DNA of 64,000 nucleotides from Potamilus streckersoni. Its lineage: Eukaryota. Both the position numbers and the translations under genes were made by a program. The DNA lies in the NCBI GenBank assembly GCA_016746295.1, contig JAEAOA010000900.1:2426807-2490806 (forward strand), written 5' to 3'. Below are positions 14,862 to 28,389 of this stretch, piece after piece. How positions within the stretch are numbered: position 1 is the stretch's first letter; every line of letters starts with the position of its first letter. Below the pieces are notes generated by a model. The model made no database searches and was not told the origin of the DNA. It worked only from the letters and a program-made list of their open reading frames with translations.

Positions 14862-16190
14862 GACCCTGATCTTTGGAACCCCAAATCAGTAGTTCTACCT
14901 CCTTACTCAAAGTGTATGCCATCCACAAACTTTGGTGCAAGTCTGTGATGTCTAAATAAAGCTATTGTATGGAAGTAAATTACTTTGCCATAATGACCCC
15001 CTTTTTAAAACCCAAAATCAATAGGCAAGTCAACAACAAAATCTGGTCTATTTCTGTAATGCACAATTTATAAAAAAATATTTTTACAGATATCATTATC
15101 CTTTTTAGTCAGGGACCTTGACCTTTGCGAACTCTCCAAGCAGATAAGCTCTTCCCTTACCCCAAGTGCGAGCTAGCCACAAATTGTAGTCCTAGTCTTT
15201 AATGCAAACAGATGTAATAATGCAGAACTTTTCTTCTCTTTGACACACTGATCTCAGTTCCTGTTAGAAATTTAGAAAAAAATTTCAAACCTTTCCAGAC
15301 CAAATATAAAAAATTTCCAGACCTAACCAATAGACAAATTTACTGACCTAATGAGGCTAAATAAAATACTTAAATTTGCAGACATGAAAATAAAATATAA
15401 TTTAAACTACAAGATTTACCTTAGCAAAATCTAGCAATTTGTTGTTCAAATTCCAAAATATTTTTAAAAAATTGTAGTTCAATATATGTAACACATGATG
15501 CTTTTTTTCTTAAGTATGGAAGGCTGTATCATGGCTTTAAAGTCATCAGCTTCTTCCCCAGAGGGTTATAAATGCAAAATCAAGACATTCTTTAAATATC
15601 AGGCCCACACAAAAATCGGTCCAAGAATGTAAAATAAAAAAAAATCCAATGAAATTAAAATAAACATTCACTAGTACAACACAAAAATTAATGAAATAAT
15701 CCATGAAATGGAAAATGTAGATTAATCCTCAATGAGTTGGCCAATACCAGTCAAAATGGCGTGGCCTTCTTCCGTAAAAATATCAGCTATACATGTCTTA
15801 AGATGTTGCATACTACAGTAAAGCTTGAACAGCTCTAAAATGAGCAGTCACATTACTGGAACAACAAAAATTTAAGACTTTTTCCAGACTTTTTAGTCAT
15901 TTAATATTTTTTCCAGACATTTTTAAGGCCTATTGAAACAATTTTCAAATTTAAGACTTTTTCCAGAATTCTAGATCCTTGTGGGAACCCTGTGATCTCA
16001 ACCCTTTTAGCCCCCAGAATTGATAGGCTTCATCCTTACTGAAAAGGCAAGTCATTCACTGAATATGGTCATGGACTGTGATATGAAACAAACATTGTGA
16101 GGAAAGAATTTTCCTTTGATTGCCTCTCAATAATTTTGACCTTTTGACCCAAAAATCAGTAGCAGTTTCTTCCATACACATGTACCTGGT
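14862..16190. repeat. Cluster of at least 4 copies of a short interspersed motif family (gaccttgacctttg…aaatcagtagttct.cc…ttac.caa.tg) plus reiterated aagactttttccagac motifs
   Basis: Copies lie at about 14862, 15110, 15985 and 16120. ttttccagac occurs five or more times between 15290 and 15960. Confidence 0.45.
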
Positions 16191-17650
16191 AATGGTAGAT
16201 GAAGAACTTGAGTTAGCAGAAACTACACAAGAAACAGATAGTTGGATGGAAAAATACATAACATTTTCATCATCATGGCAGACAAATAAACAGGTGTCAC
16301 TCAGGTGGTGCTCTACAGTTTCATATTTAGCATAGGGTTAAAATTTTAAAGAAAAAGAATTTCCCAGGGCTTTCTCGCTAGTTATACTGGTTATTTAAAA
16401 AAGACTTCATATATCTTAAGTATTGTTCAAAGAATCTTTAATTCCCTTTATTTTGGTGTATGATTGATTGGTGTAATATGGGTTATAGAGTATACAGCTT
16501 GGCCTTACTCTAGATGCGCATATTTCAAAAAAGTGCGAGACTTGCTCAATTTCATTTCTTGAACTTCAGAGATAAATTGTAACATTTTTTAGTCATACAA
16601 CATTAATGAGTCACACTGACAAGGCCCATTTCTCTTCATATCTGGCACCATATTTTTTAAAAATTATTCTGATCCATTACATATGTATAAAAATATAATG
16701 AATTTTAATGGTGTATTAAAATTCTTTCTGAGTTTGAAACACTGTCATGCCTGGATGCTTCCCATAAAATTGGGTAAAATTCTGCTATATGATTTTAAGA
16801 AGTTATATCAAGGTTTTTCTGCTTTCAGTAATGGTGGCCATATGTTATCCCATATCAGAATCATCTGAATATATCTGAAACAGATTTATGCCTGGATGCT
16901 TTCTTCCAAATTCAGTCAAGTTCTGTTACAGGTTTTTTAATCAAGAAGTGTCAAGTTTCAAGGTTTTTGTTTTACTACCAAGACCAATATTAAAATCCTT
17001 TCAACACAGCCTGCAATGGGTGTGAAGCTGCCCTAGAATGGAATGCTGTATCTGTATTCATCTCTGAATTTGTTTTTTGTCTTTTTCTAATCTGTGAAAT
17101 TATCTGAAAAATATTTTTGATCCAAACACATGCATCAACTAAAAAAGATCTGACTTAACTTTTAGTGCAAAATACCCACAGACAGGTTCTGTACCAGATA
17201 TGAAATAGAACAAAGAATCTGTGAGCAAAGATTACAAATTAGCAAGCTAGTCTCTTTTCTCCTAGCCATACAGCTTCTATGAATAAAAACCTAGCTCAAG
17301 TAGTATCCAGCATGTATCTTGGAAATAGAGAAGCTGCTATAAATAGAACATAACACTGTTAGGAAAGTGCATGCCAGTCTACGGACAAGTGTACTCTTAT
17401 CTTGCAGTTAGGTAAAAGCAGTCTTGTCTAGAATATGGTCCGTGGGATTATTGGAATGTTAATAAAAATGAGAAAATAAATTATTAATTTTTCTAGAGTG
17501 GGATATACCGAAAATGTGTAAATCGGATTATGTTTACACAAGTGTAATTTTGTGATGAAAAAAAACCCCAACTAATTATTATGCCAAAAGCCTAATGGTT
17601 GGCATGTATGAAAGAGGCAAGCATGCATATCACTAGATGGTTTTAGCTTT

Positions 17651-17895
17651 GTTGTTGATGATGTTGTAAGGTTTAACACCATTTTTCAGCATGATAGGCT
17701 ATACATGACAGACATTTTAAATGGTGGAGGAAGAACTCATGAAAACCCCACAAAGAACCATCAACCCACAAGAAGCTACATGCAAGCTTTCTTAGGTATC
17801 CACACTGGCTGAGTCTGAGACTTGAACCCATACTGACAGAGGTGAGATGGCAAATGATCCTTAATGGTGAGCGCTTTAGACCACTTTGGGGCTCC
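17651..17895 (-). mobile_element. tRNA-derived SINE, full-length copy (family copy A)
   Basis: On the minus strand the tRNA-like head reads ggagccccaaagtggtctaaagcgc…gggttcaagtctc (A and B box) and the body reads …ccatgtatagcctatcatgctgaaaaatggtgttaaac… with an (AAC)n-like tail. It matches the copies at 52608, 55588, 60687, 23898 and 32990. Confidence 0.7.
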
Positions 17896-18839
17896 TTTAG
17901 CTTTGTATTGATTCACCTAATATATAATGGGAATCTATCATGGCGGTTAGGAAATACATGTAATTAAAAATTTAAGCTAAAACCTTATATAACTTCTTGC
18001 TTTTCATTTAAGTGGGTTTAACAACACAGGAAAGATTAACACTAATGTTGTACCTTTTCTGAATGCGACTTTTGTATTTCTGGAAATTCTTCTAAGCAGA
18101 GTTCAAATTTTTCCAGGTCTCCCTCCTCAGAAACAGGGTCCGAATCACTGCAATAGCAAACAAAAAGTTAAATACTAAATATAGCAATCAGAACAAAGTT
18201 AAAATGTATATTTATGGTAAAACTAGATGAGTATTGAAAAATTTGCTCGCATAAATATTACTCATCCATCCCCCAACCCATACATATATCCAAAATGTTA
18301 ATACGTCTATAGTCAATAAGAAACCCAGGTGGGTGTGAGCTTACATAACAGCTGATCATTTTACTAACTTGCTGAGTAGCATTGTAAAAATAAAAACTTG
18401 TGTAAACTGTCTCAGCCTTCATCTCACAAAGATTTAACCTATTTTAACCAGTCTCAATTTATTTTTTCAAACACAAGAGCTCAAATAATATTCACAGAAC
18501 AAACTCACAATTGAACTCATCCAAGCTCTTGATCATGATACATACAACCTTTTTTATCATGGTTTATTGAAATATAAGAGAAATAACCTATTGTTTGAGA
18601 AAATCTCATTTGTTGTAGAGCATATCAACAACCACAAAAATAAAAGCTTCTTTACCATGCTTGAGCACAACCCAGTGAACATTTGGTTGCTGGAATGGTA
18701 GAAACTCAGTCAATCTGATACAATATTATCTCATAGATATGTGTAAATTTAATTATTTTTATACATGTTTAACATGTTGACAATGAACGAAAGTTTCTTA
18801 CCATAACTTTTAAATAAATTGGTTTATCCAAAATTAAAG

Positions 18840-19370
18840 TTTCTTATTGAAATCATGTCAGGTAACTATGTCTCTTGAGTATAAGAAGCACAGCCAATCA
18901 GATGCATGATCACCCCATTAAAATTTGCAGATCTTGCTCATAATAAAAATGATTCAATATCTTGACAATATACATCCCCAAAATGTAATAAAAATTTAAT
19001 CAGAAATAGTCACTTGAATGCCAGCATGCTCAGTCAAATAGAGAAAGACTATACCTCATTACTATTTATGAATCTGGCACATTATTGAATTTGTCCAAGA
19101 TCATGATGATACAAGTCCATGTTCCAAGTCTGTTCAAAACTGGACCAGAAATATATGCCCGCCTCCCAAGCCATTCAGTCAATCAGATGATCACCTCATT
19201 AATATGTTCAGATATTGCTCATTGATGAACTTGTTGGATTCTTGGTTTTAAGCTTATATTCCAAATTTGTTCACAATCAGACCAGAAATGTCTACAGAGG
19301 AGTTGTAGCAAGCTCAGCCAATCAGATGCACCTCAATGGTCAAATTTTGCTGCACACAAAGTCAATCTTT
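18840..19370. repeat. Tandem repeat array of about 4 units of roughly 140 bp (caatcagatgca…cattaatatg…gatcttgctcat…tctgatcagaaat family)
   Basis: Periodic recurrence of agccaatcagatgcaNgatcacc at about 18895, 19040 (degenerate), 19183 and 19320. Confidence 0.65.
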
Positions 19371-19933
19371 TTCCTATTTTTGATAATGGCAAGTCATATT
19401 TGATGGTGGATTGGCATGATTTGTAAAAACTCTGAAAACCCTTTATACCTGGACACTTTGTCAAATTTGGCAAAATTCTGTTCATCAGTGTTTGAGAAGA
19501 TATTGTTCAGTTTTGTCAGGAAAGGTGGTCATATTTTATGGCAAATTGGCATAATTTCAACAAATTTAAATGACCTTCATGACAGGATGTCATATTTGTA
19601 ATTAGATGAGCACTGACAAGTCATTTAAAGGTATAAGCCATTTTTTTTCAGATTGGCATCATTTAACTAATCTGAAAGAGATTCTGCCAGATTGCTTTCA
19701 TTTAACTTTGGATGGATTCTGTTAAGTAACTTTTGAAAACAAAGTTGTAAATAGCTTTTGTCAATTGAGCATGCAAGATACATGCATGAAGGACATACCA
19801 TAAGCTCATTTGGCCTTATGGTAGCTGAGCTAATAGTTCTGATAGCACAGTAATTTGTTGATTTGTACCTATCCAGATGATGACTATTACAGGCAAAAGT
19901 TCCATGGTGATCCATGGGAAACTTACTAGTTAA

Positions 19934-21016
19934 CCCTTTCATCACGGCAAACCGCATATGCGGTCCAGGGGAAGTAGCCCGTCAACACTATGGACCGAGT
20001 TTTCGGTCTGGGGCAGTGTTCTTTGTTAACGTTATAGTACCCGACTAAATATCTTCGGAATACCTCAAATAACTTCCATCTGGTAATGTAGATGTTATAT
20101 TTGGATTATCTCGTGAGTTTAGCTTGTATACAACTAGAAATAACGAACAAAGTAGGAACTTTTAACGTGGTTTCCGAATGCTGAAATTTGTATCCAAAAT
20201 GGCGGCGTTTGAAGGATTTTTTTTTTTAGAGGCGAGTTTTCGGAAGATTTAAATAATTTTGACCTGATAAATTTGTTTGACAATGAGGGAAGACGTATGG
20301 AGAGACAATGGAATGCACTTGTGGGTGACAGTGATGACATTGAAGATGACTTTGAAGGTTTTGAACCAGACGAATTGTACGCTCCACGTGGTTTTTTTTT
20401 TTGGACGAAGCCTGAAAACCAAAGAGATTTGTTTCAGTTTTCTGACAGAGTTGGGCACACCCGAGAGTTATATGGCTCCAGGAAGCTTCGGATTATTTTC
20501 AAATATTCTATTCAGATGAAGTTTTTGGAAAAATTGTCCGTTTAACGAACTTCAATGCGACGATCAAACGTGGCAGAGGCGATATAGGTCACTTAGGTGT
20601 GTGGACAGATCTCACCTTGGAGATCATTTTGGTTAATTTTATAGAATTTTATATATTATGGACACCATGAAAGAAAGACTTGTGTTGCTACTATGATTAT
20701 TCACTAGTACATCTAGGGTCAATTGAACAAGTTTTGAGAACATTCTAAGTTTTCTAAGAGGTAATAAAATAATTGTATTTTACCTGTTGTTACCTGTTTG
20801 TACCTGCATTTTAAGTTGTAATATATATGCACATTTTATTGAATTAGTCATAAAGTTTGATTTTTTACCTTGATTTTGACACCTAATCTAGCCAGATATC
20901 TTTAACATTGGCAAAGTTATGTTGTTTCAAAGTCCACAAGTCATTTTGCTTTACAACTCCAAAGTTACTTAGTGTTGAGGACTCTATGCCTACAAATCAC
21001 TTAGTGATGAAAGGGT
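19934..21016. mobile_element. Non-autonomous piggyBac-like element (about 1.08 kb) with TTAA target-site duplication and 12-13 bp TIRs; it retains an acidic transposase N-terminal remnant
   Basis: The left end reads TTAA|ccctttcatcacggcaaaccgcatatgcgg (19930-19933 TTAA). The right end reads gtgatgaaaggg|TTAA (21017-21020). The TIR begins CCC…GGG as in piggyBac, and there is a subterminal palindrome ccgcatatgcgg. The internal ORF at 20273-20545 encodes …LVGDSDDIEDDFEGFEPDE…, resembling the piggyBac transposase N-terminus …ELVGEDSDSEISDHVSEDD…. Confidence 0.7.
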
Positions 21017-22076
21017 TAAGATTCAAAAGATTTTGAAATATACTATATCCAGCTCCAAGTCAAGATGTGCCATAACTCTTAAAAGTGACCCAATTGCACC
21101 TGACTTTACAGCTGACCATTTCATGCAGTGTAGTAAAAACACTATGTAAATTATCTGCTAAACTCTATTTCATGTGAACTTGCCTATTTTATGGAAAGAA
21201 GTCTTTGTCAAGATAAGGACAGAATTAACATGCATAGTTTCTTGTTCATAATGTAAGTCATCCAAGACCTTGAAAATATAAGACATGAACTAAGTTTTCT
21301 TGAATTGGACAAGATCAAGATCTACATGTGTAACAAGGTTAGCTAATTAGTGTGCACACAGGATCACAGGGGAAGGGAAAACTGAGTCCCCCTCCATCCA
21401 AATATGGGAGACACAAACCATTTTAGACAGTCAAATATAAATAATAGTAGACATTGCATTTATAGTGCAATAAAAATGAGATAATCTTGGTTACTACACC
21501 AGTTTTATCACCTTAACTCTGAGGTATCCATTGTACTATCATACTTTCCTTAAGATTTACATTATTACAATAAAAGTTTTATCAAGTAGCTAATCAATAC
21601 ATTATCTGGTTAACCTGTAATAGTCTGCACCATGGAATTTTTTGTCTAGATCTTGCTCCTTTATCTAACTTTAGTTTACACTCATTATCTACCAGCATTT
21701 ATTACAATAAATTTATTACAATAAATATGTATGTTTTTCAAATTACTTTTCTTTCAAAAGTAACCAATCATTAATTACATGAAAAAATAGTGTATTTGAA
21801 TATAATCAAGTCATGTTCGTCAACCTCAAAATAAATTAAAATCTTCTTTTCCATAGGAGTAAACTACATTAATTTTAACCTCAAAAATGATACACTAACT
21901 ACTGTCAAATACATTTTTTTGCAACTCAGTTAACTATCACAAGCATGGAATATTTTCATTGCCAGATATATTATTTTAAAGTAGATATTCATTGTCAGCT
22001 TACAGTTTAATCACCTGTGAATTTTGGACATTGCTAGCACAAATGACATAAATGGTCATCCATTAATTAAAAGTTG

Positions 22077-22078
<2 letters not shown>

Positions 22079-22116
<38 letters not shown>
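22079..22116. repeat. (TG)19 microsatellite
   Basis: Direct reading. Additional short dinucleotide runs lie at 2045-2069 (CA), 11674-11694 (TG), 14190-14212 (TG), 30144-30182 (TA/TC), 37151-37168 (CA) and 63131-63146 (CT). Confidence 0.95.
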
Positions 22117-22119
<3 letters not shown>

Positions 22120-22259
22120 GGACAAAAACTTGAAGCCAGGTAGGAGCACCAAGTAAAGGTTTGGAGGACATGGAACAAAATTGCAGATATATTCATGCAC
22201 CTCTTATTTTAAAGCCTGTCTACAACAATGACAATATAATCTTAAAGAGGGGCAAAATC

Positions 22260-23040
22260 CAATCTGAAATGGGTCTCTCGAGTGGCAACAAACCGAACTA
22301 ATCAGATACAATAGATTATCACATTATTATGCACAGATCAAACTCAAAGTCAACAAAGATCTTCATAATGTAAGATATAACAAGTTTGAACAAAGTCTGA
22401 TCACAAATATAGTTAGTAGATCATTGACAAATTTAACCAATCAGATGAAAGATCACCTTCATAGTATGCATGGATCTAATGAACTTATACAAGATTTTGA
22501 AGTTCTAAGCCCACAACCCATGCTGGATCAAAATCGGATTTAAAAGATGGCTTCCAAAGTAGGAATAATCTCTGCCAATAAGATGCAAGATCACCTTATT
22601 AATGTGACTGGATCCTGACATCACTGAAATTATCCAAGATCTTGCTAATATAGTAAATATTTCAAGTTTGATCAAAATCTGATCATAAATATAGCTTCTA
22701 AAGTGGTAACATGCCCAATCAATCAGATGCATCATTGTATCACTTATATGAGTGGATCTTACTGATTATTGGAACTGTCAAATTTTGATGATACAAGCAT
22801 ATTTATCAAGTCTGATCAAATTTGGACCATATATGGAAATAAAGCATTAAGACAGGCAATGAGCTCAACCAATCTGATGTAAGATTACCTCATTATAATA
22901 TGCATGGATTATGCATGCTCACTAATTTAACCAAGCTCCTCATGATATCAAAACTGGATCAGAAATGTAGCTTCCAAAGTGAAAGCAAGCTCAGTGAATC
23001 TGATGTAATATCACTACATTAATTTAATAAAGATGTGTAT
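22260..23040. repeat. Tandem array of the same 140-bp family, about 6 units; a solo unit lies at about 23380-23460
   Basis: ccaatcagatg/ccaatctgatg…cattaat…gatcttgct…ctgatca(t/g)aaat recurs at about 22301, 22442, 22583, 22723, 22870 and 23005. Confidence 0.7.
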
Positions 23041-23897
23041 CTGCAAAAACTGTTAGTATTATTTACCTGCAATCAGACACAAAAACAGATTTTGTTACCT
23101 GGACAAGGATAATTTTTATTGATACTCAAGCACAAGGGTATAAAGCACAATCATCATGTACATTTTCTTATCAGTTAGCAAAGATAAGAGATTATGAGCT
23201 CAATGCAGGTAAATACTTAACCCAGCTGTTTGCAAGGATGCATGTGCTGTATATCAATTGGGTTCATTTTTTCTGTGTGCCCTTGGAACTATGTTATCAG
23301 TGTGCACTTTACCAGCATGCATGTATCTTGCTCATTACTGAAGCAGTTTTGAGATCTTGAAAATATATAGACATATTTAAAGTATGATCAACACTAAATC
23401 AGAAATCTGGTCTCAAGAGCTGAAACTAGATCAACCAAAATTACCTCATTAATATGCATTAATATTGTTTTTTGTCAAACTGACCTATTGCCATTTATCT
23501 TAATGTGATAATCTTAACAGTTGTCAAATTAGTCAAATTCTGTTAGGTGATGTTTGAGAATTTGTTTCTTGGGTTTTCTTGTCTTTATTTCTTTAGAAAT
23601 GGAGCACATATCTTATGCCAGATCTGCATCATCAGAACAAAATTGACTGTTCTATGTAAGAAAGCTTTTCTGTCATTCGGATAAAATTATAGACTTTTCT
23701 TAAATTTTGAAAACTCATCAATTAAAGGTTTTTCTATATTCTGAGTAATAATGACCATATCCGATAGCAGATCTGAATAATTTGTAAAAATCTGAAATAC
23801 AAGTACCTCTAATGTGAATATACCTTGTCAAATTAGATAAAAGCCTGAAAAGTGATTTTTGAAATCAAGTAGCTTAAGGTTTATCTATTTTTAAGTA

Positions 23898-24062
23898 TCA
23901 CCGTTATGGATCACTGCCATCTCGCCTCTGCATGTGGTTTGAGTCTCAGGTTCCGCCAATGCGGATATGTGAGAAAGCTTGCCAGTAGCTTCTCAAGGGT
24001 TGGCTGCTATGTATAGCCTATCTTGTGCTGAAAAATGGCATGGCATGAAACCTTAAAACAAC
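23898..24062 (+). mobile_element. SINE copy in plus orientation, 5'-truncated with an internal deletion, inserted in a complex repeat
   Basis: ttatggatcactgccatctcgcctctg…gtttgagtctcagg…gctatgtatagcctatcttgtgctgaaaaatggcatg…aaaacaacaac. Confidence 0.6.
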
Positions 24063-27000
24063 AACTATTTTTAAGTAATAGTGGGCCAAATCTGATGGCA
24101 GACAGGTACAATCTTTATAAATATGCTTTTTTCAGATCTGGTCAAAATCTGTTCAGTGGTCTTTAATGTAATGTAAAATTCTTTCTTTTTTTAGTGACAA
24201 TGGCCATATTTGATGAGAAATACCCGTAAGCAGCATCTATATAAATCTGAAAGTTCTTTATGCTATGATGCTTGTTTGTAATTTAGTCAAAATGTACTTT
24301 CTGAGAAATTATTTGTTAATGGATGCATGACAACTTTAAGGCCAAACCAAAAGTACAAGGCTCACAAGTAAAAATAAGGATAAAAATTCATTAATTTTGA
24401 CATGGATTCGTGAGGCAATCTTCAAATATTTGTCGGAAAAAATTTTGGCATGGGATCCAGCTGATAAAGGTAGACCATGTTCAACAAGAAAACTCAATGT
24501 TTCAGTGTTGGAAATTTGCAGGTCTTCCATCAATGGCTTAAAATATTCTAGAGCTGAAATCACCAGAGTTCTTAAGTTTCCCAACCTCTGTGCTTTTTTG
24601 CTACCAATGTTCTTCCTCACATCACCTTTGCCACCTAGTCCGAGTTGCCTCTGACCTTTGCCACCCCATTTTTTAATATTTGTACATATATGTTAGAGTG
24701 TTAGGTAAGACTCCATTGCCTAAGTCAGAATTTGTTGACTCCATTTGGAGTCAGAATGGTATAGCCGCTTACTAGCCAGCCTAGAGAACTTGAATGACCT
24801 TTCATTGAGATATACCTGCCTGAAATCGATAGGGATGATTTATTTTCTCTGAAATTGAGTGCATATCATTCATTATATCTTTAATCCACTGACAGACAAG
24901 TTGAAAGTACATCATTGCTGAGAATTGACCTGCATCTGGCCATTGCATTCCTAGTCATGTGACTAAACAAATCTAGCAACATATGTCTGTGTTTGATGAC
25001 TGAATGGATTGCCAATTTTTGGTATATTCCAAACTTCACTTTTTGTGAAATACATTTCTTTTTCCTTGGTGGTGAAGACATTTTCAATATTGATGCCAAA
25101 TGGTAATTCATATCAGTGTTGGCGTCACATGCACGAAGCAAAATTCCAGATAGGCTCAGTTTCGCTACAATGCTTGCTACTGGGCCAACTGTATCATTTG
25201 GCTATAGTTCTATTGACATCCAAACCAACAATACTGGACAATTTCAGCAAAAGCCTATATCACGACCAACACTTAATGGGAAATCAGTTATTGTATTAAA
25301 GATTTAAAATAATTGATAATTGGGAAATTCATTTTTTTTTTTTGCATGCAGCATGAATCCATGAATCGCTGAAAAAGTCACAAAATTCATGTCAAAATCG
25401 TGAGGGTTAGCAGCTATGCATTTGACCAGACAGACAGTTGAATCAAAACAGCATGACTAGTTGCATGCACATGATTATGTGATGTTAGGAAAGATGAATG
25501 AACAGAAATTCCTATATAACCTTAAATCTATGGGGGCAGTAATACAATAATAATAAGTAATATTTTAATATTTTAATAATAATAATAAGTAATAACACAA
25601 CAGATACATCTAGATGTCATAGCACATGGCGATGCATTCATGTTTTTATAGCAACAGACCCAATACAGTCTCACAAAAATGCCAGGTCTGTTGCAAGAAT
25701 CATAGAACAAACTTTTTCTTTCAAGCAAACAAGTAAATATTTAACCCATTACCTAAAATATAATCAAATTCTACATGCCCGAGCAAGTGAAACAAACTTT
25801 GCATTCATTAGTGATCCAAAACTTCCAACAGAGAGGAGGGCTATATGGTTATCTTTTGTGATTGGGTCATTGTTGTTCAAGGTGCACATTTTAAACCAAA
25901 GAAACAGTTATTTACTATTATGATCTTAGGACATATTGCAAATTATAACCTTGAGAATTTTATCCACAGAGAAGCACCAAAAACAAAATGGAGGGAGAAA
26001 GGACATTAAATTGATAACCTGTTCTCATAATTACAGAAGCAACACAGCCTGGGATTTCTTGACCTGTGACTTATCTATGATTAAGAAGCTGCTGAAACCT
26101 TCTTACCTAAAAAATTTCACTGGTGAATCCAGTAAAGTTAACAGGCTGTGTTGATTGATTCAGTTGAGTTTGGTGGCCGCCTGTGCTGCTGCCACTAGCC
26201 TGACCAAATCCAAGGTTTGTCAATATGATGCTAAATCTCTGAGACAAAAACTCAAGAAGGTTAATTCTGCATGCCACCCAACAGCTTCCACTACAGCTAG
26301 GATAAAAAAACATTACATTCTAAAGTGAGGCTTGCAGAGATGGCTTAAATGTCATGAGGTGTAACCCTCATATGGTGGCTCAGGTCTTGTGAGACCTTAA
26401 AGTACACAAAGTGTAAACCACACTTCAGCCATGAAGCAAAGGCTTTGGGGGTGGAATCCCATTTCCTAGCTTTCACTGGCAGGAAAAGGCCTTTGTACAT
26501 GCTACAGCTTGCCTGTGCATTTCAAGAAGTGCTTAAAAGCATGAAAAGGATCTTCCACGGCTCCTGCTCTCAACCTGTCTATGGAAGATAGGGGGCAAAT
26601 GACGACTCTTTGGTTACTGATGGACAGTACCCTGTTTCTGGCTACAAAGCCTGGTTATGTCATGAGGACTAGCGAACTATCTGAGGCTAAAGCTACCCTG
26701 AAACATGATAGAACTTGAGTGAAGTGTTTGCTGGAGGCTTGAAATTTACTTGAATCATGTTAAAACCTCAGGACAGGCTCCATTTTGGAAACAAGGTGAG
26801 GGATTTTGGTTGATTGAGATCAAAATTAGGTAAAAGATTATCATGCCCAATGTCATATTTGACATGTCACAATATATCTGACATAGCCTTTGATAATGAT
26901 GTGGGCAAGTGGTTTCTTCTCAAAAGCCAGAGAAATAAGCATGCCAGCTGAGGTATTGAGGCACTCAAATGGACGATGTTATTGGTCTAGCACCAGTCCC

Positions 27001-28389
27001 TGATAGCACTCAACCTTCCATCATAAGCCTTCAGAGTGGAGGGTTTTTTTTGTTCTCAAAATTCTCTCTACAATTGAAAGTTTGAAATTTCCGTCTCATG
27101 ATACTGTCTGGAAAAGAGCCTAGTGTGCAGAAGATGACAGTATTGGGGGAAGGGATTAGGGGCATGAAAGTGATGGTTATGTTGAGATTGACAGCATACT
27201 TGTCCTTCCTGACAGAGGCTGGTTGACTTTATAGTCTCTATCTTGAACTTTGGAGTTGCAACAAATCAGTTGAGGCAACTCAAATCAATGATGGGCCTTG
27301 ACTTGCCATTTGCTCTCTGAATTAGAAATAGTCATGAATAAAAGCCACTGGGTGAGGCTTTTGCACAATCTCTGCCACCAGTTTTTAGAAGAGCAACCAT
27401 ATCTCATGTTGGAAGAAGGCATCCTTTTCTCAATGTGCCAGACTTCTGTGAAGAGGGGGAAAAAGGAATGGGTTGGATGAACAAAACCTGAAGCCTGTAT
27501 GAAATAACCTTGAACTCAAACTCATTCTGAGGCAAGAAGGCTATCCATTGAGCCCAAAAATGCAAGTCAACTGCCCATGAATAGATTACTTGCTGACAGT
27601 GCTGAGGGTATATCAATGCTAAAGGTTTGAAGGCTTGAAAAGACACAAAAACTAAAAATTTATTAAGAAGCTAGTAATGTATTTGAAATTACTAAGTTAC
27701 CAAAACAATGTCATAACAAACAGAGAAGTGAAAATGTCACATCAGAATCCTATGGTGACAATATAAACTTATACACAAAGCTTAGTTAATAATTTAACCA
27801 CAATTCTATCAAAACTGTATAAAATATGAATAAAGCATAAAGCTGTACTTTAGAATTTCACAAACACTCCGGAATGGACAGAGTTGGTGAACAAAATCAA
27901 AGGCATGCCAACTATTACTGACTTTGTATAATGGGGGTCTTAAAAGAGCTTTGACTAATCACTCAAAATTGGCAGAAGTTGTATTATCTTGCATACAACT
28001 TGCAGCAGATTGATAAATCAACACAATAAATACAAAAGGAATGTTGTATGGGCCTACAGGAACACAAATTTAGCTGGTTTGTTGGAGGGTGAACTGTACC
28101 ACATGTCCTCTATATAGCAGCAAAACAAAAACCAGATATCTGCTGGTATCAAGGGAGGTAATGTGCAAGAGTAACAGCCTCTGTCTATTTGAAATAGGAT
28201 AAGAGTTTCATCTTTTAGTAGGGCTAGATTCACAAAGTAGCAGGCTAAAATTCGAAATCGAACAGGATTGAGGAATGTACTCAAAGTCGAAAATGCACAG
28301 AACACAGTATGCCAAATATATGTGGAAATGATAAATAATTTTGATAAACTTGAAAAAACAACATCAGAAAGGCATTGTAAATACTTTTG

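Noticed and set aside
17780-17895. tRNA gene
   Set aside because: The tRNA-like segment is about 90 nt, lacks a pairing acceptor stem at its end, and is the head of a multi-copy SINE (the same structure at 52770-52858). It is not a free-standing tRNA.
24336-24654. Overlapping ORFs on both strands (94 aa and 85 aa) directly after the SINE/complex repeat
   Set aside because: No homology was recognised. Overlapping open frames on both strands in repeat-flanking sequence is most simply chance.
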